From the IMG/VR virus record IMGVR_UViG_3300021427_000055, positions 1 through 36,578 of that record: a stretch of 36,578 bases of DNA; one strand, written 5' to 3'. Under the pieces are notes generated by a model, which saw nothing but the letters and a program-made list of their open reading frames with translations, did no database searches and was not told the DNA's origin. Both the position numbers and the translations under genes were made by a program. Positions 1 through 8,613 of this stretch are shown here, in pieces. The stretch comes from a virus. Lineage: Duplodnaviria > Caudoviricetes. Positions within the stretch are counted from its first letter, which is position 1. The number at the start of each line of letters is the position of its first letter.

Positions 1-1083
1 GCTCTTCGATCTGAGGATATAATAGTATAGATCAATAAATGGGGTGTCCAGGCGATCGATACGACCATGTGCTTGTTCCCAGTATTTGTATGAATATGTA
101 AGGGAATAGAAGACGATTGTATCGGTCTCTGTACAATTCCATCCCTCAGCACCAGCCACATATTGCACCAGATAGAGCCATCGGTTCCCAGTAGGAATCT
201 CTTCGTGTTTATGACCATTCCACTCAGCCACCTTAATTTCATTACCCAGACCACGAAGAATCTCGAGCTCATAATCGAAGTTGTAGAAGACTACCATCTT
301 GTCGTGCTCTTCCATCAACTCTCGAATCGCCCGAACACGCGCAGGATCACTGTTGACCACTCGCCGCATGACAGCGAAGAGCTCAGCAATATCACGGATA
401 GGCTTGTTCTTGTAGATATGCCAGCGATTCTTGATGACGTTATTTAACAACGCTTCATTATAACCAACGACCTTAGTGATTGAGTGTCGTACTGTCGGCT
501 TCTCGTACGGCATGTGTACGAGTAATTTGTTTCTCAGTTTTCCTAGCTTACCCTCGCCTAAGTATCTCTGAACTTTAGGGAATTTAGAATACGGCGAATA
601 AACGATGTGTTCATGTTTGAAATGTGTTCTGTTCTTATAGAATCCATTGGCAACGAATACGGGTATATAGTCAAGCCATGTATCTCCGGGGGTTGCAGAT
701 AAGAGGATCCAGCGGTTGGATCTAGCGATTTTGAGGAAGGATCGTACCCAATGTCCACTACCCACCAATCTTTGTTCATCGAATATAAAGAAAGCGTCTT
801 TAACATCCCCATATTTGGCGATATTGTTCCAGCTATCAACTGTAAGAATTCCGTGAAGGGTAGCTTCGGGTTCTCCACCAACCACGATACCCGCAAACTC
901 CCCTTCCCAATCTTTGCTGTCTCGCTTTTTGGCTGTGGTGATAACATAGACATCTTTATGTCGGTGCTCCGTTTCATAATAGGCTACGGCTACTCGAGAC
1001 TTACCCGAGCCAACGCCACCCCATAATATCTTTCCATCCGCCAGCTTTTCTAGTGCTTTTTGCTGATGTGGTTTTAACTCCAT
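1..1083 (-). CDS. SF2 (DEAD/SNF2-like) DNA helicase, runs off the left edge
   Basis: Missing from the ORF track because it is truncated. Manual translation from ATG at 1083: [30 protein letters not shown] (Q motif, Walker A), IFDEQR (motif II), LSATPG (motif III), AHGRIDR (motif VI). The frame is open to position 1. Confidence 0.9.
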   Translation of the reverse strand, partial: MELKPHQQKALEKLADGKILWGGVGSGKSRVAVAYYETEHRHKDVYVITTAKKRDSKDWEGEFAGIVVGGEPEATLHGILTVDSWNNIAKYGDVKDAFFIFDEQRLVGSGHWVRSFLKIARSNRWILLSATPGDTWLDYIPVFVANGFYKNRTHFKHEHIVYSPYSKFPKVQRYLGEGKLGKLRNKLLVHMPYEKPTVRHSITKVVGYNEALLNNVIKNRWHIYKNKPIRDIAELFAVMRRVVNSDPARVRAIRELMEEHDKMVVFYNFDYELEILRGLGNEIKVAEWNGHKHEEIPTGNRWLYLVQYVAGAEGWNCTETDTIVFYSLTYSYKYWEQAHGRIDRLDTPFIDLYYYILRSKS

Positions 1084-1121
1084 ATCTACTTTCGAAAAAA
1101 TAAACTGGGTGTATAAGAAGC

Positions 1122-1245
1122 GAGTGGGGGCTCTCTAGACTGGCCGTCGCAGAGGAACCCCCACCCTATCCCTCGGTCGCGGCGCAGTTGAAGGTGCTGC
1201 ATCCTCATAGTAGAGATAGACATCTAAAATGAGGGACCAGAGGGA
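1122..1245 (-). other. Structured intergenic element A (two-domain hairpin)
   Basis: Minus strand: TCCCTC/GAGGGA closing stem with internal CCTCAT/ATGAGG, then GGGTGGGGGTT/AGCCCCCACTC stem with G-U pairs. Confidence 0.5.
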
Positions 1246-1248
1246 ATC

Positions 1249-1443
1249 TTATTTCGTCAGTTCGTACTTACGAGAATGATAGGATCCTTCGTGAATCATT
1301 CCCTGAGGCGTGATCTCCCAACCATCGAGAATAAGTTGCTGAATCTCTCGATGCATGGCTTCCTCGTTGACAATCTTCGACAATTCTCCATCCGAGCGTT
1401 GCCAGCTACCGAGACTGATCTTTCTAAATATGATGTGGGACAT
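1249..1443 (-). CDS. Hypothetical protein (64 aa)
   Basis: ORF with a strong RBS (AAGGAGGTG) upstream, on the genome coding strand. Confidence 0.7.
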   Translation of the reverse strand: MSHIIFRKISLGSWQRSDGELSKIVNEEAMHREIQQLILDGWEITPQGMIHEGSYHSRKYELTK

Positions 1444-1462
1444 TTCACCTCCTTAAAGGGGC

Positions 1463-1560
1463 GGACGGGGGTGCTAGGAGAGTGGGGACACCCCCGCCCT
1501 ATCTCTGAGAAGTTCCCCGGCTTCAGCATCTGCGGCAACACCGAAGCGGTCTCTCAGAGA
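1463..1560 (-). other. Structured intergenic element B (two-domain hairpin)
   Basis: TCTCTGAGA/TCTCAGAGA 9-bp stem with inner GCTTC/GAAGC, then GGGCGGGGGTG/CACCCCCGTCC 11-bp stem. Confidence 0.5.
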
Positions 1561-1661
1561 ATCTTCCATTTAATCCAGTAATACATCATAGATAGTCGCA
1601 AATATGAGAACCATAAACGAGGACTTGGAGTGTATGGTTTAAGTGGTTTTTCAAGCCTCAT
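1554..1661 (-). CDS. Possible small protein (35 aa)
   Basis: Manual translation MRLEKPLKPYTPSPRLWFSYLRLSMMYYWIKWKIL. It starts 3 nt after the upstream stop. Confidence 0.4.
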   Translation of the reverse strand: MRLEKPLKPYTPSPRLWFSYLRLSMMYYWIKWKIL

Positions 1662-1664
1662 CGT

Positions 1665-1793
1665 TTATTTCTTCTTTTTCGCTTGGCTAGCTTTAATCGC
1701 TCGCCCCTGTTTGGCTGCTTTTGCTTTTGAGGAGTACGTCTTGCCCTTTTTGCCATACCTGTATCCGCCTCTAACCCTCCGAACCGGGGACAT
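1665..1793 (-). CDS. Small highly basic protein (42 aa)
   Basis: Manual translation MSPVRRVRGGYRYGKKGKTYSSKAKAAKQGRAIKASQAKKKK, with GGAGAG upstream. From memory it resembles a widespread short basic phage peptide (MPVRKV.GGY.WG...K.A..QGRAI.AS). Confidence 0.7.
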   Translation of the reverse strand: MSPVRRVRGGYRYGKKGKTYSSKAKAAKQGRAIKASQAKKKK

Positions 1794-1992
1794 TCCTTCT
1801 CTCCAATTCTTCTTCTCGTTCTTGTCTGCGGAGCTTATCCTCTTTTCTCCATCTACGCCAGCTCTTGAAATAATGAGCGGCTAGAAGGATCCAAAGAAAG
1901 AAAAGTCCGACCCAAAGAATTTCAGACATGTCTCTGGTAGTGAAGATTACATAGATCCAGAACAAGATCAAAGCCAACCATACTGCGATCAT
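1771..1992 (-). CDS. Small membrane protein (2 predicted TM helices, charged tail)
   Basis: Two hydrophobic segments then an R/E-rich C-terminus. ATGA overlap with the upstream gene. Confidence 0.7.
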   Translation of the reverse strand: MIAVWLALILFWIYVIFTTRDMSEILWVGLFFLWILLAAHYFKSWRRWRKEDKLRRQEREEELERRNVPGSEG

Positions 1993-2231
1993 TTCTCACT
2001 GTCCATCTCCGTCCGCAACTCAGCGGCCTGTGTGTTGAAATCATCCCTACGAGTTTTCAGACTTCCGGCCATGCTACGCAACTCAGCGATAAGCTTACTA
2101 TCACTTCTCAACATATCTACGAGATCTTCAGTATGGTCAAGCCAGTCATCGATTCCCTTTGCTCGTGCCTCGAGCGCAATAGCGTCAGCTTCTCGCCAAT
2201 TGGCATTAATAGTATGAGACGCGTCTGTCAA
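1989..2231 (-). CDS. Hypothetical coiled-coil protein (80 aa)
   Basis: ORF with AGGAGGG RBS and TTG start. Confidence 0.65.
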   Translation of the reverse strand: MTDASHTINANWREADAIALEARAKGIDDWLDHTEDLVDMLRSDSKLIAELRSMAGSLKTRRDDFNTQAAELRTEMDSEK

Positions 2232-2255
2232 ATTTCCCTCCTAGGTTAATAAGGT

Positions 2256-2327
2256 GGGTGAGCCTACTCGGGCCCATCGATATCTCACCCCGCATGCTTT
2301 GTATAGCCCGATACGACGCCCGCATGC
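2256..2327 (-). other. Structured intergenic element C (two hairpins, possible kissing loop)
   Basis: GCATGC/GCATGC and GGGTGAG/CTCACCC stems. The loop segments TCGGGC and GCCCGA are complementary. Confidence 0.5.
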
Positions 2328-2339
2328 CTTCTCCGGAGA

Positions 2340-2534
2340 TCAACCGCCAGGTGCAGACGGCTCAGGAAGTGGCGCTACGTCGATGCCTTCCCGGATGAGG
2401 AGGCTACGCAGTTCCACCTTGTCGTCTCGGGTCAACGCTCGAAACTCAGCGATCTCGACCTTCCTACCGTAGGGCTCACTTGCAAAGAACTCACGGCAGG
2501 CACGAACGAAGCTAGGCTGCTCCTCCGTGGACAT
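2340..2534 (-). CDS. Hypothetical protein (64 aa)
   Basis: ORF with a strong RBS (GAGGAGGTG). Confidence 0.75.
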   Translation of the reverse strand: MSTEEQPSFVRACREFFASEPYGRKVEIAEFRALTRDDKVELRSLLIREGIDVAPLPEPSAPGG

Positions 2535-2552
2535 TACATCACCTCCTCTTCG

Positions 2553-2653
2553 AAAAATAAAAAAGAAGAGTCTGCTGGTATGGTTTTCTGTCCCAGGTCA
2601 GTTAGTCACACTTTACCCTGCACTCGCAAGTACAGGAGCATGATTACTCTTCT
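2553..2653 (-). ncRNA. Candidate small structured RNA 1 (protein-free cassette)
   Basis: Follows motif copy 1. Ends pair (AGAAGAGT/ACTCTTCT), inner hairpin CCTGTACT-TGCG-AGTGCAGG, then a T-tract. No RBS or credible ORF. Confidence 0.5.
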
Positions 2654-2678
2654 ATTATACTACGTGTTATTTCTGCGA
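2654..2678 (-). promoter_or_regulatory. 25-nt repeated promoter-like motif, copy 1
   Basis: TCGCAGAAATAACACGTAGTATAAT. Confidence 0.75.
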
Positions 2679-2683
2679 TCTGA

Positions 2684-3001
2684 TCAGTCCTCTTCGACTA
2701 GATCGAAATTAGCCTGAAATGCCTTAGTCGTATAGACCTTGTAACCACGCTCCGTGTAGAGAATCCAATCTCCCACGAAAGCCTTCGTCTGCCGAGGGTT
2801 CTTAGGATTGTGAACCCGTACGTGGATATACTGCTTAGTAGGCTGCACGGGCGCCGACCTATCAACGGGAGAGTCGTCGATGTTACCGATCTCACCGAAA
2901 CACCACCGTGCGATATCTTCAAAATTCTGTTCGGTTACCTGAACAGCATCCACGAATAGAGGCTTACGAACATACTTTGCGGTAATACTAGTATTTTCCA
3001 T
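2684..3001 (-). CDS. Conserved phage hypothetical protein (105 aa)
   Basis: Probable start MENTSITAKYVRKPLFVDAVQVT at 3001. The RKP..V.AVQ ... GDWI pattern is common in phage proteins. Confidence 0.75.
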   Translation of the reverse strand: MENTSITAKYVRKPLFVDAVQVTEQNFEDIARWCFGEIGNIDDSPVDRSAPVQPTKQYIHVRVHNPKNPRQTKAFVGDWILYTERGYKVYTTKAFQANFDLVEED

Positions 3002-3006
3002 GAGTC

Positions 3007-3102
3007 CTATTCGTTTCGGTTTCGAGTTATACCAAGGAAATATCCAAACGCGATACTGATCAGAACGATAATTGCGGTAACAACGATTGTTGCTACCATC
3101 AT
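3007..3102 (-). CDS. Small single-TM peptide (31 aa)
   Basis: Manual translation MMVATIVVTAIIVLISIAFGYFLGITRNRNE. TAATG coupling to the SSB stop, and it fills the gap exactly. Confidence 0.65.
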   Translation of the reverse strand: MMVATIVVTAIIVLISIAFGYFLGITRNRNE

Positions 3103-3572
3103 TAGCTGGTGTGCATTTCTGAGTACTTCTGCTCAAGAGCATCTTCTTCAATCGTTACGTAAATGCTCTGCAGGTAAGCTTTGATTCCAGTCTTATCGTT
3201 GACGTTCCATGCATAGGGGCGAACAATCAAATCAACATTGATGATATCTGCCCAGTCGAGCATTTCGACCGAATCTTCGTCGAGATTCGTACGACCACGT
3301 GATGTGATCAAGACAATTCTAGGAGGACGGCCTTTGAAATTCACGGAAACCGGAAGATAAGCCTGAGGAGTTTCACCTTCCTCTTCACCTTCGCGGGGAT
3401 TCAACCATTTAACGTTCCAATCGTCTTCTGCCATTGCCTTAGCAACAGTATCATCGAGTAGAACGGCGAAATTACGATCCCCTTCGCGATTAAACTGACC
3501 TTCCTTTCCGGAGAAATTCCGAAAAATAATCCGAACGCCTTCCATCATAACGGTGTTATCTGGTTGTGGCAT
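3102..3572 (-). CDS. Single-stranded DNA-binding protein (putative)
   Basis: IIFRNFSG..FNREGDRNF ... GIKAYLQSIYVTI pattern, acidic C-terminal region, directly downstream of the polymerase. Confidence 0.7.
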   Translation of the reverse strand: MPQPDNTVMMEGVRIIFRNFSGKEGQFNREGDRNFAVLLDDTVAKAMAEDDWNVKWLNPREGEEEGETPQAYLPVSVNFKGRPPRIVLITSRGRTNLDEDSVEMLDWADIINVDLIVRPYAWNVNDKTGIKAYLQSIYVTIEEDALEQKYSEMHTS

Positions 3573-3582
3573 ATCCTCTCCT

Positions 3583-6500
3583 CTAGCTTACGAAATCTTG
3601 GAAGGAGCCAAACTCTTCAATAGTACTAATGGCGGCTAATTTCAACTTATCAAAATATGCCATATCAATTTGAAGGTCCGGCATAGATTGAGCGATTTCA
3701 GCTTCAATCCATCTATGGCCTTTCGTACCTGCTACCGCGTAGTATCGGTCATCCTTGACGCGATAGAGCGTCCCCCCACCTTCCAGAACAGGGACAAACC
3801 TACCAGTCCGACCAAGGTGGCGCATACTGCGATACGAGAGTTCGTCATCTTTCGTGTGTTCCTCTCTATCAAGGTACATTGTTCCCTGCGTTACGTTCTT
3901 ACTTTCGCAGTAGTCATTAAATTCGATCTTTTCACCAGAGAACAACGTTTTGAATATATACGGATGTTGAAACTGAGATCCTACTGCTATCCACTTACCA
4001 TCTTTTCGAGCAATATACACCGCATCATTAACAAGACAGAATTTCTCAAATGTGGTTTCATGCTCGAACTCGTAACCATATTTCTTCCCATGCTTGATTA
4101 CAAAAGCAATCTGTGCTTTCGTCGCCCCGGGGATTTTTACAGAATCTGTCTTAATGTGTACGACAGAATATCCCTTTTTTTGTAGATCGTTCTTCAGATC
4201 GATCATATAGAGGGCGCCACGCTTGGCAACGATATTGTCTTTATTACGATTATCTCGAAATGGATTGGGGAAACTAGCCGAAGTCAATCCATAGACCGTA
4301 TTGATTACGATCTTGAGAGCGTACGCCAGCGCTTCAGAAGAGCGGGGGTTATCCTCAGCATTAACAAGAAACTTTTTGAGTTTGCCTCCAAGTACGGAAC
4401 GCGCTGTTTTGTAGTCCTTATTCTTAATTGCCATTCGTGCATTTTTAAGATCTGAGAAATTCCGAGTATATTTTCCGAACAGGTTGAGCAATTCAATACT
4501 GGTCGGATGCATACTCGCCACGTCCAGAAGGGCGACTTGTTCGTAGATCCCGGGTTCAGCGTAGACGTAGCCTCCCTCTCCAGGATCTTCACCTCGATAG
4601 GAACTCTTTCCGGCGTCGAATTTGTATCCATCAAATTCCTCACTCAGGTCTGTATATTGGAAAAATTGTTGTGGGTTTTTATCATCACCAAATATGATCT
4701 TCGCAGTATGTCGCTGCGTTGTATCATTAACAGTTAACCCACTAAGTTCAGCTAAGATTTGCCTAGCGACGAAATCCTCCCAACGATCTTCTAGCACAGC
4801 TTCCGTTGCTCGAACATCGTTGACACAATATTCGACGACCCGTGCCCAGTCTTTTGGATCTACGGGCTCATCTAATGGAAAATCCAATTCCATATGATGG
4901 ATGCCGAGATCAATCTCAAATTTCTTCAAGCCCTGTTTGATAGAGCTGAAGTCCCAAACATCGGCATAAGAAAGATTATAGGCTTGAGCGAACATAGCAT
5001 TACGATTATTGTCAATGACTATCTTTCGTGTGAGATCGTATAGCTGTTGAACGCTGTAACCCAAGGAGGCAGCATAGAGAATATGATTATCATAACGACG
5101 ATTGTAGAATCCTACTATTTTCAGCTTTAATAGGTCGTCAACTTCCTCCTTTGTTGGGTTGATCATACGTACAACGGTATCGTCTCCACGGAATTTCCAG
5201 CAAATAACAAACAGATTCTGATATACTTCGATGTCAAATATAACCATCCGGTCGTCATCCACTTCAACGACAGGATCTGATTCAAGCTCGCCTTCAGAGG
5301 CGAACTTCATTGTCTTGACAACCTTCAGGCAAGTGGAAGCTTGATTTGTGCTGTTATTAGCAAATGCTAGAATCCGTGGTCTTAAATCATTGACGTCGAA
5401 CTTTAGTCCATCCTCATACGCTTCTTCAAGGATATGATGTATGAAGTCAATAGATGGTTTTGTTCCTGGATGAATCTCTTTCTTGAGATTTCGCTCGATT
5501 AGTTCTCGTAGGCCCTTTTCGCTTGTAATAGTCTTAGCCTTAAGCATCTTCTCCTTCTTCGGCTTAAGTGGGAGCCCACTACTAATCGATGCGATTGGCA
5601 CCGAATTACACCGAGATAGTTTACGACGAAGTGAGGCATCATCTCTAAACGTCTTAATTTCAATGCCGTCAGAATATATGTTTGCTAGTTCGGTGCGATC
5701 TCCCTCATAGGTATAATGAAGATGAACACCTTTACCAGATTTGCTCAATTCTGCATACGTTGGAGGCCATCTAGATGCAGCCTCGAGGTTCCGCTCGAGA
5801 CTGGTGGCCTTGCCGTTTATCTCTTTGAGATCGAAGTCTATAACGATGTGTTTATCAGGAACACGAATCCAATGCAACTTGGACGTATCAATATCTAAAA
5901 GTGTAGATTTGACATTTGCCCACTTACGGGTGGGTAATCCGTCCTTACCCGCGAGCTGTGCAGGTTGGCTTCCAAACTCGACATCGAGCAAGGATTCAAC
6001 ATCATCCATAACCAAGGAATAGGCTCGCAGTTCGTCGTCTGTTTCCTTGGGGATCTTGAATTTCTCTGCATTAAAGCCATAATATACACTTCGAACGCGC
6101 CTGTCATCAATTCGATCACGATCCTTAAACTCGTCGAAATAATTACGGAGCTCTTCTCTAATTTTGTATCTTGGACGAGGCTTATCGATTCCACTCTCGG
6201 CACAGAACTGCAAATATAACGCATACGCTTGTTCGAGCGTGGTGTAGTTCTGCTCTTTGAATATGTCGTAGTACGCTTCGATATAGTTGAAGAATACATC
6301 TGTCTGGAGCATCATCTCGAGCGGGCGATACCCATTGTAGTAGTTCTTACCCATTTCTAAATATACTCTCTGACAGTGCGCCGCAATTGCTCCCAGCTCG
6401 AACTCGATCTGACTGATCAAGGTGTTATAGTGCCGGACCGGAATCCTTACACCCGTCGGATGAATATCAATCAATCTACGAATGATCCCCGACTTGGCGT

Positions 6501-7347
6501 CCGAGATCTTCACCGGCTGATTCGAGCCGACAAATAAGAGAGCTTCTGATCGAGCTGTGTAACTCGGCTTGAATTTCTCGTTCATCGTCATTAATTCGTG
6601 CGAGACGATAGAGTTCAAGCGAGTGTTGTCTTCCAATCTGGAGAGATCACCGTCGTGCTGAATAGCCACGAGGGGGTTGTTTCGGAAAACCTCGGTGGCA
6701 AAGTTACTGTCCGAACGTCCTAACGCTTTCCCATCAAAGGACGTGGTGTAACCTTCGAACAATTTCTCCAGGATATTCAGTATAGTGGACTTACCGGATC
6801 CAGCGGGACCGTAGAATACGAAGAACTTTTGAATTTTCTTCGAGTCTCCAGCTACGATGGATCCGATAGCCCATTCAATTTTAGCTCGCTCTTCTACCGA
6901 ATATAACGTTCCCACGAGCTCGTCCCAAGCAGAGATGTCCCCATTCTCCAACGGATATGGTAGTGTCTTACTCGCGTAATCCGTCTTCTTTACTTCAGAG
7001 TTTGAGAACAGAATCTTGGAATCGAGAGAATGAACATTATCACTGACATTGGCCAGGAATTGCCTAAAGCGTGTCCAAGAACGACTGTTAAAGGACCGCA
7101 TAGACTTTACTACAGGAGTTAATCCTTTTTCCATTCCTAGTCTTTTGGCTTCAATATCTAAATGTTCGTCCACCAATCGTTGAACATCATACTCGTCACG
7201 AGACCAAAACCCTTTAGCTTCATCCCAGATAGCATAAAAGGTTCGTCCTTGAACCATCAGATCCTTGGAACGGCCGACGATGAATTCTGGATATACCTCC
7301 AGCTTCTTATCCTTCGTCTCTTTAGAGAGGATCTGATAAAAATCCAT
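3583..7347 (-). CDS. Fused SF3 helicase / primase (PrimPol-like) / family-B-type DNA polymerase
   Basis: Walker A GPAGSGKST in a D5-like domain. AEP-like motifs IDFD and SKSGKGVHLHY. Exonuclease FDIEV, FYNRRYD, YCVNDV. Polymerase motifs DVASMHP, KIVINTVYG, HIKTDS. Confidence 0.9.
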   Translation of the reverse strand: MDFYQILSKETKDKKLEVYPEFIVGRSKDLMVQGRTFYAIWDEAKGFWSRDEYDVQRLVDEHLDIEAKRLGMEKGLTPVVKSMRSFNSRSWTRFRQFLANVSDNVHSLDSKILFSNSEVKKTDYASKTLPYPLENGDISAWDELVGTLYSVEERAKIEWAIGSIVAGDSKKIQKFFVFYGPAGSGKSTILNILEKLFEGYTTSFDGKALGRSDSNFATEVFRNNPLVAIQHDGDLSRLEDNTRLNSIVSHELMTMNEKFKPSYTARSEALLFVGSNQPVKISDAKSGIIRRLIDIHPTGVRIPVRHYNTLISQIEFELGAIAAHCQRVYLEMGKNYYNGYRPLEMMLQTDVFFNYIEAYYDIFKEQNYTTLEQAYALYLQFCAESGIDKPRPRYKIREELRNYFDEFKDRDRIDDRRVRSVYYGFNAEKFKIPKETDDELRAYSLVMDDVESLLDVEFGSQPAQLAGKDGLPTRKWANVKSTLLDIDTSKLHWIRVPDKHIVIDFDLKEINGKATSLERNLEAASRWPPTYAELSKSGKGVHLHYTYEGDRTELANIYSDGIEIKTFRDDASLRRKLSRCNSVPIASISSGLPLKPKKEKMLKAKTITSEKGLRELIERNLKKEIHPGTKPSIDFIHHILEEAYEDGLKFDVNDLRPRILAFANNSTNQASTCLKVVKTMKFASEGELESDPVVEVDDDRMVIFDIEVYQNLFVICWKFRGDDTVVRMINPTKEEVDDLLKLKIVGFYNRRYDNHILYAASLGYSVQQLYDLTRKIVIDNNRNAMFAQAYNLSYADVWDFSSIKQGLKKFEIDLGIHHMELDFPLDEPVDPKDWARVVEYCVNDVRATEAVLEDRWEDFVARQILAELSGLTVNDTTQRHTAKIIFGDDKNPQQFFQYTDLSEEFDGYKFDAGKSSYRGEDPGEGGYVYAEPGIYEQVALLDVASMHPTSIELLNLFGKYTRNFSDLKNARMAIKNKDYKTARSVLGGKLKKFLVNAEDNPRSSEALAYALKIVINTVYGLTSASFPNPFRDNRNKDNIVAKRGALYMIDLKNDLQKKGYSVVHIKTDSVKIPGATKAQIAFVIKHGKKYGYEFEHETTFEKFCLVNDAVYIARKDGKWIAVGSQFQHPYIFKTLFSGEKIEFNDYCESKNVTQGTMYLDREEHTKDDELSYRSMRHLGRTGRFVPVLEGGGTLYRVKDDRYYAVAGTKGHRWIEAEIAQSMPDLQIDMAYFDKLKLAAISTIEEFGSFQDFVS

Positions 7348-7355
7348 CAGACCTC

Positions 7356-7892
7356 CTAACCCATTCCGTCCAACTCCAGCACGTACTCTTGCATTTGATA
7401 CCAGATTTCTACTTTGGTTTGATCTTTGAGGGTTTGTTTCAACGGGAAGAATCCACCCTGGCCGTTTGGTTCGTAATTTCTCCAGATAAGGTCATCGAGA
7501 ACTTCTCTGATGTATTCTACCTTTTTGTCTGACAAAGGATCGGAGGCTTTATTCAAGCCAATGTTCTTGATGAGTTTCCATGCCCAAAGTTCTGCTGCTT
7601 CGCCGGTTTGGAATGCGACTCGTCGGCTGAGAGCAACAGTCACCTCGAGAACAGAGACCAAGTCAAGACTCAGCTCGCCTCTTCTACCCTTATAAACAAA
7701 TCTGAAGAAATCTTGGCGTAGGTGTCTACCCTCTTCTACACGATTGTAGTCGTTGGGAACGAACCAGGTGAATTCTGTATTGTGCATGATCTCAAAGAGA
7801 CCCAGAAATTCCTTCTGTGGTCCTACTTTGATTTGCGAGATCAACCACTCGTAATATTCAACATCAATCGGATTCGGGTTCGGGGGCATCAT
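7356..7892 (-). CDS. Conserved phage hypothetical protein (178 aa)
   Basis: Tightly packed ORF immediately upstream of the polymerase, with a GGFFPL...EIWYQM motif. Confidence 0.8.
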   Translation of the reverse strand: MMPPNPNPIDVEYYEWLISQIKVGPQKEFLGLFEIMHNTEFTWFVPNDYNRVEEGRHLRQDFFRFVYKGRRGELSLDLVSVLEVTVALSRRVAFQTGEAAELWAWKLIKNIGLNKASDPLSDKKVEYIREVLDDLIWRNYEPNGQGGFFPLKQTLKDQTKVEIWYQMQEYVLELDGMG

Positions 7893-8613
7893 CTAGTCCT
7901 TGCACTTCTACCTCAAAACTTTTCTGAATGCGGCAGATTTCATACTCCATTTCGAGATGGGGATTACGCACGTACACTACATTGTAATCATCACTACCAT
8001 GGCCGAATCGACTTAGCGTACTCGCACCGACAAGACTCTCCACATTAGGAATCTTGGTATCATCTACATCGGCAAGCACTTCATCGAGTTCGTAATATGT
8101 CAGAGTTACCTGTGGGAATTCACTTTCGTTAACCATAAACTCATCCTGGTGGATGATATATGGATAGTTTGGTGTTCTTTGACCGAGCTCCATAGGATAA
8201 CTCCAACCAGCGTCCTTATCCTTTTCCTCGACTTCCCTCTCAGGAGCAACTACTTCGAGAGGAGGCGGAACAGGTTCAGGCTCTTTCACTGGCACAGGAG
8301 CAGGTAGAGGCCTAGACTTTGGCTCGTCTGTCTCATAGCCTCTTTCTACGACAATGTTTTCGAGCTCAGGCTTTTGCGTTCGGCCGTAGTACTCTCGAAT
8401 TCTCTGAAGCTCTTCTTCACTAGCTTCAAAAGCTTCCGCTCGGATTTTCTCTCGGTTATACCGATATCCGATATAGAATCCAATCCCTACCCCGACAGCA
8501 AGACCACCGAGCAGAAACCCGATGGCCTTTGTGTCGAGCGTCCTTACGGCCGCAGCCGCCTCTTCGAGATTATCAGCTACCTCTTCCACTACTAGCTCTC
8601 CTGCTGTCGCCAT
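7864..8613 (-). CDS. Membrane-anchored hypothetical protein (249 aa)
   Basis: TM segment IGFLLGGLAVGVGIGFYIGY, Pro-rich linker, acidic C-terminal domain (PYII...EF...TLTYY...VYVRN). Confidence 0.8.
   Translation of the reverse strand: MATAGELVVEEVADNLEEAAAAVRTLDTKAIGFLLGGLAVGVGIGFYIGYRYNREKIRAEAFEASEEELQRIREYYGRTQKPELENIVVERGYETDEPKSRPLPAPVPVKEPEPVPPPLEVVAPEREVEEKDKDAGWSYPMELGQRTPNYPYIIHQDEFMVNESEFPQVTLTYYELDEVLADVDDTKIPNVESLVGASTLSRFGHGSDDYNVVYVRNPHLEMEYEICRIQKSFEVEVQGLDDAPEPESD

Noticed and set aside
1-12. GCTCTTCGATCT resembles the Illumina adapter end GCTCTTCCGATCT
   Set aside because: It is one base short and reads in frame as the helicase (…YYILRSKS), so it is probably genuine phage sequence.
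558-977. 139-aa minus-strand ORF in the track
   Set aside because: Alternative frame inside the real helicase gene (1..1083).
4125-4138. Third CCCCGGGGATTTTT match
   Set aside because: It lies inside the polymerase coding sequence (VKIPGA) and lacks the flanking match, so it is probably coincidental.
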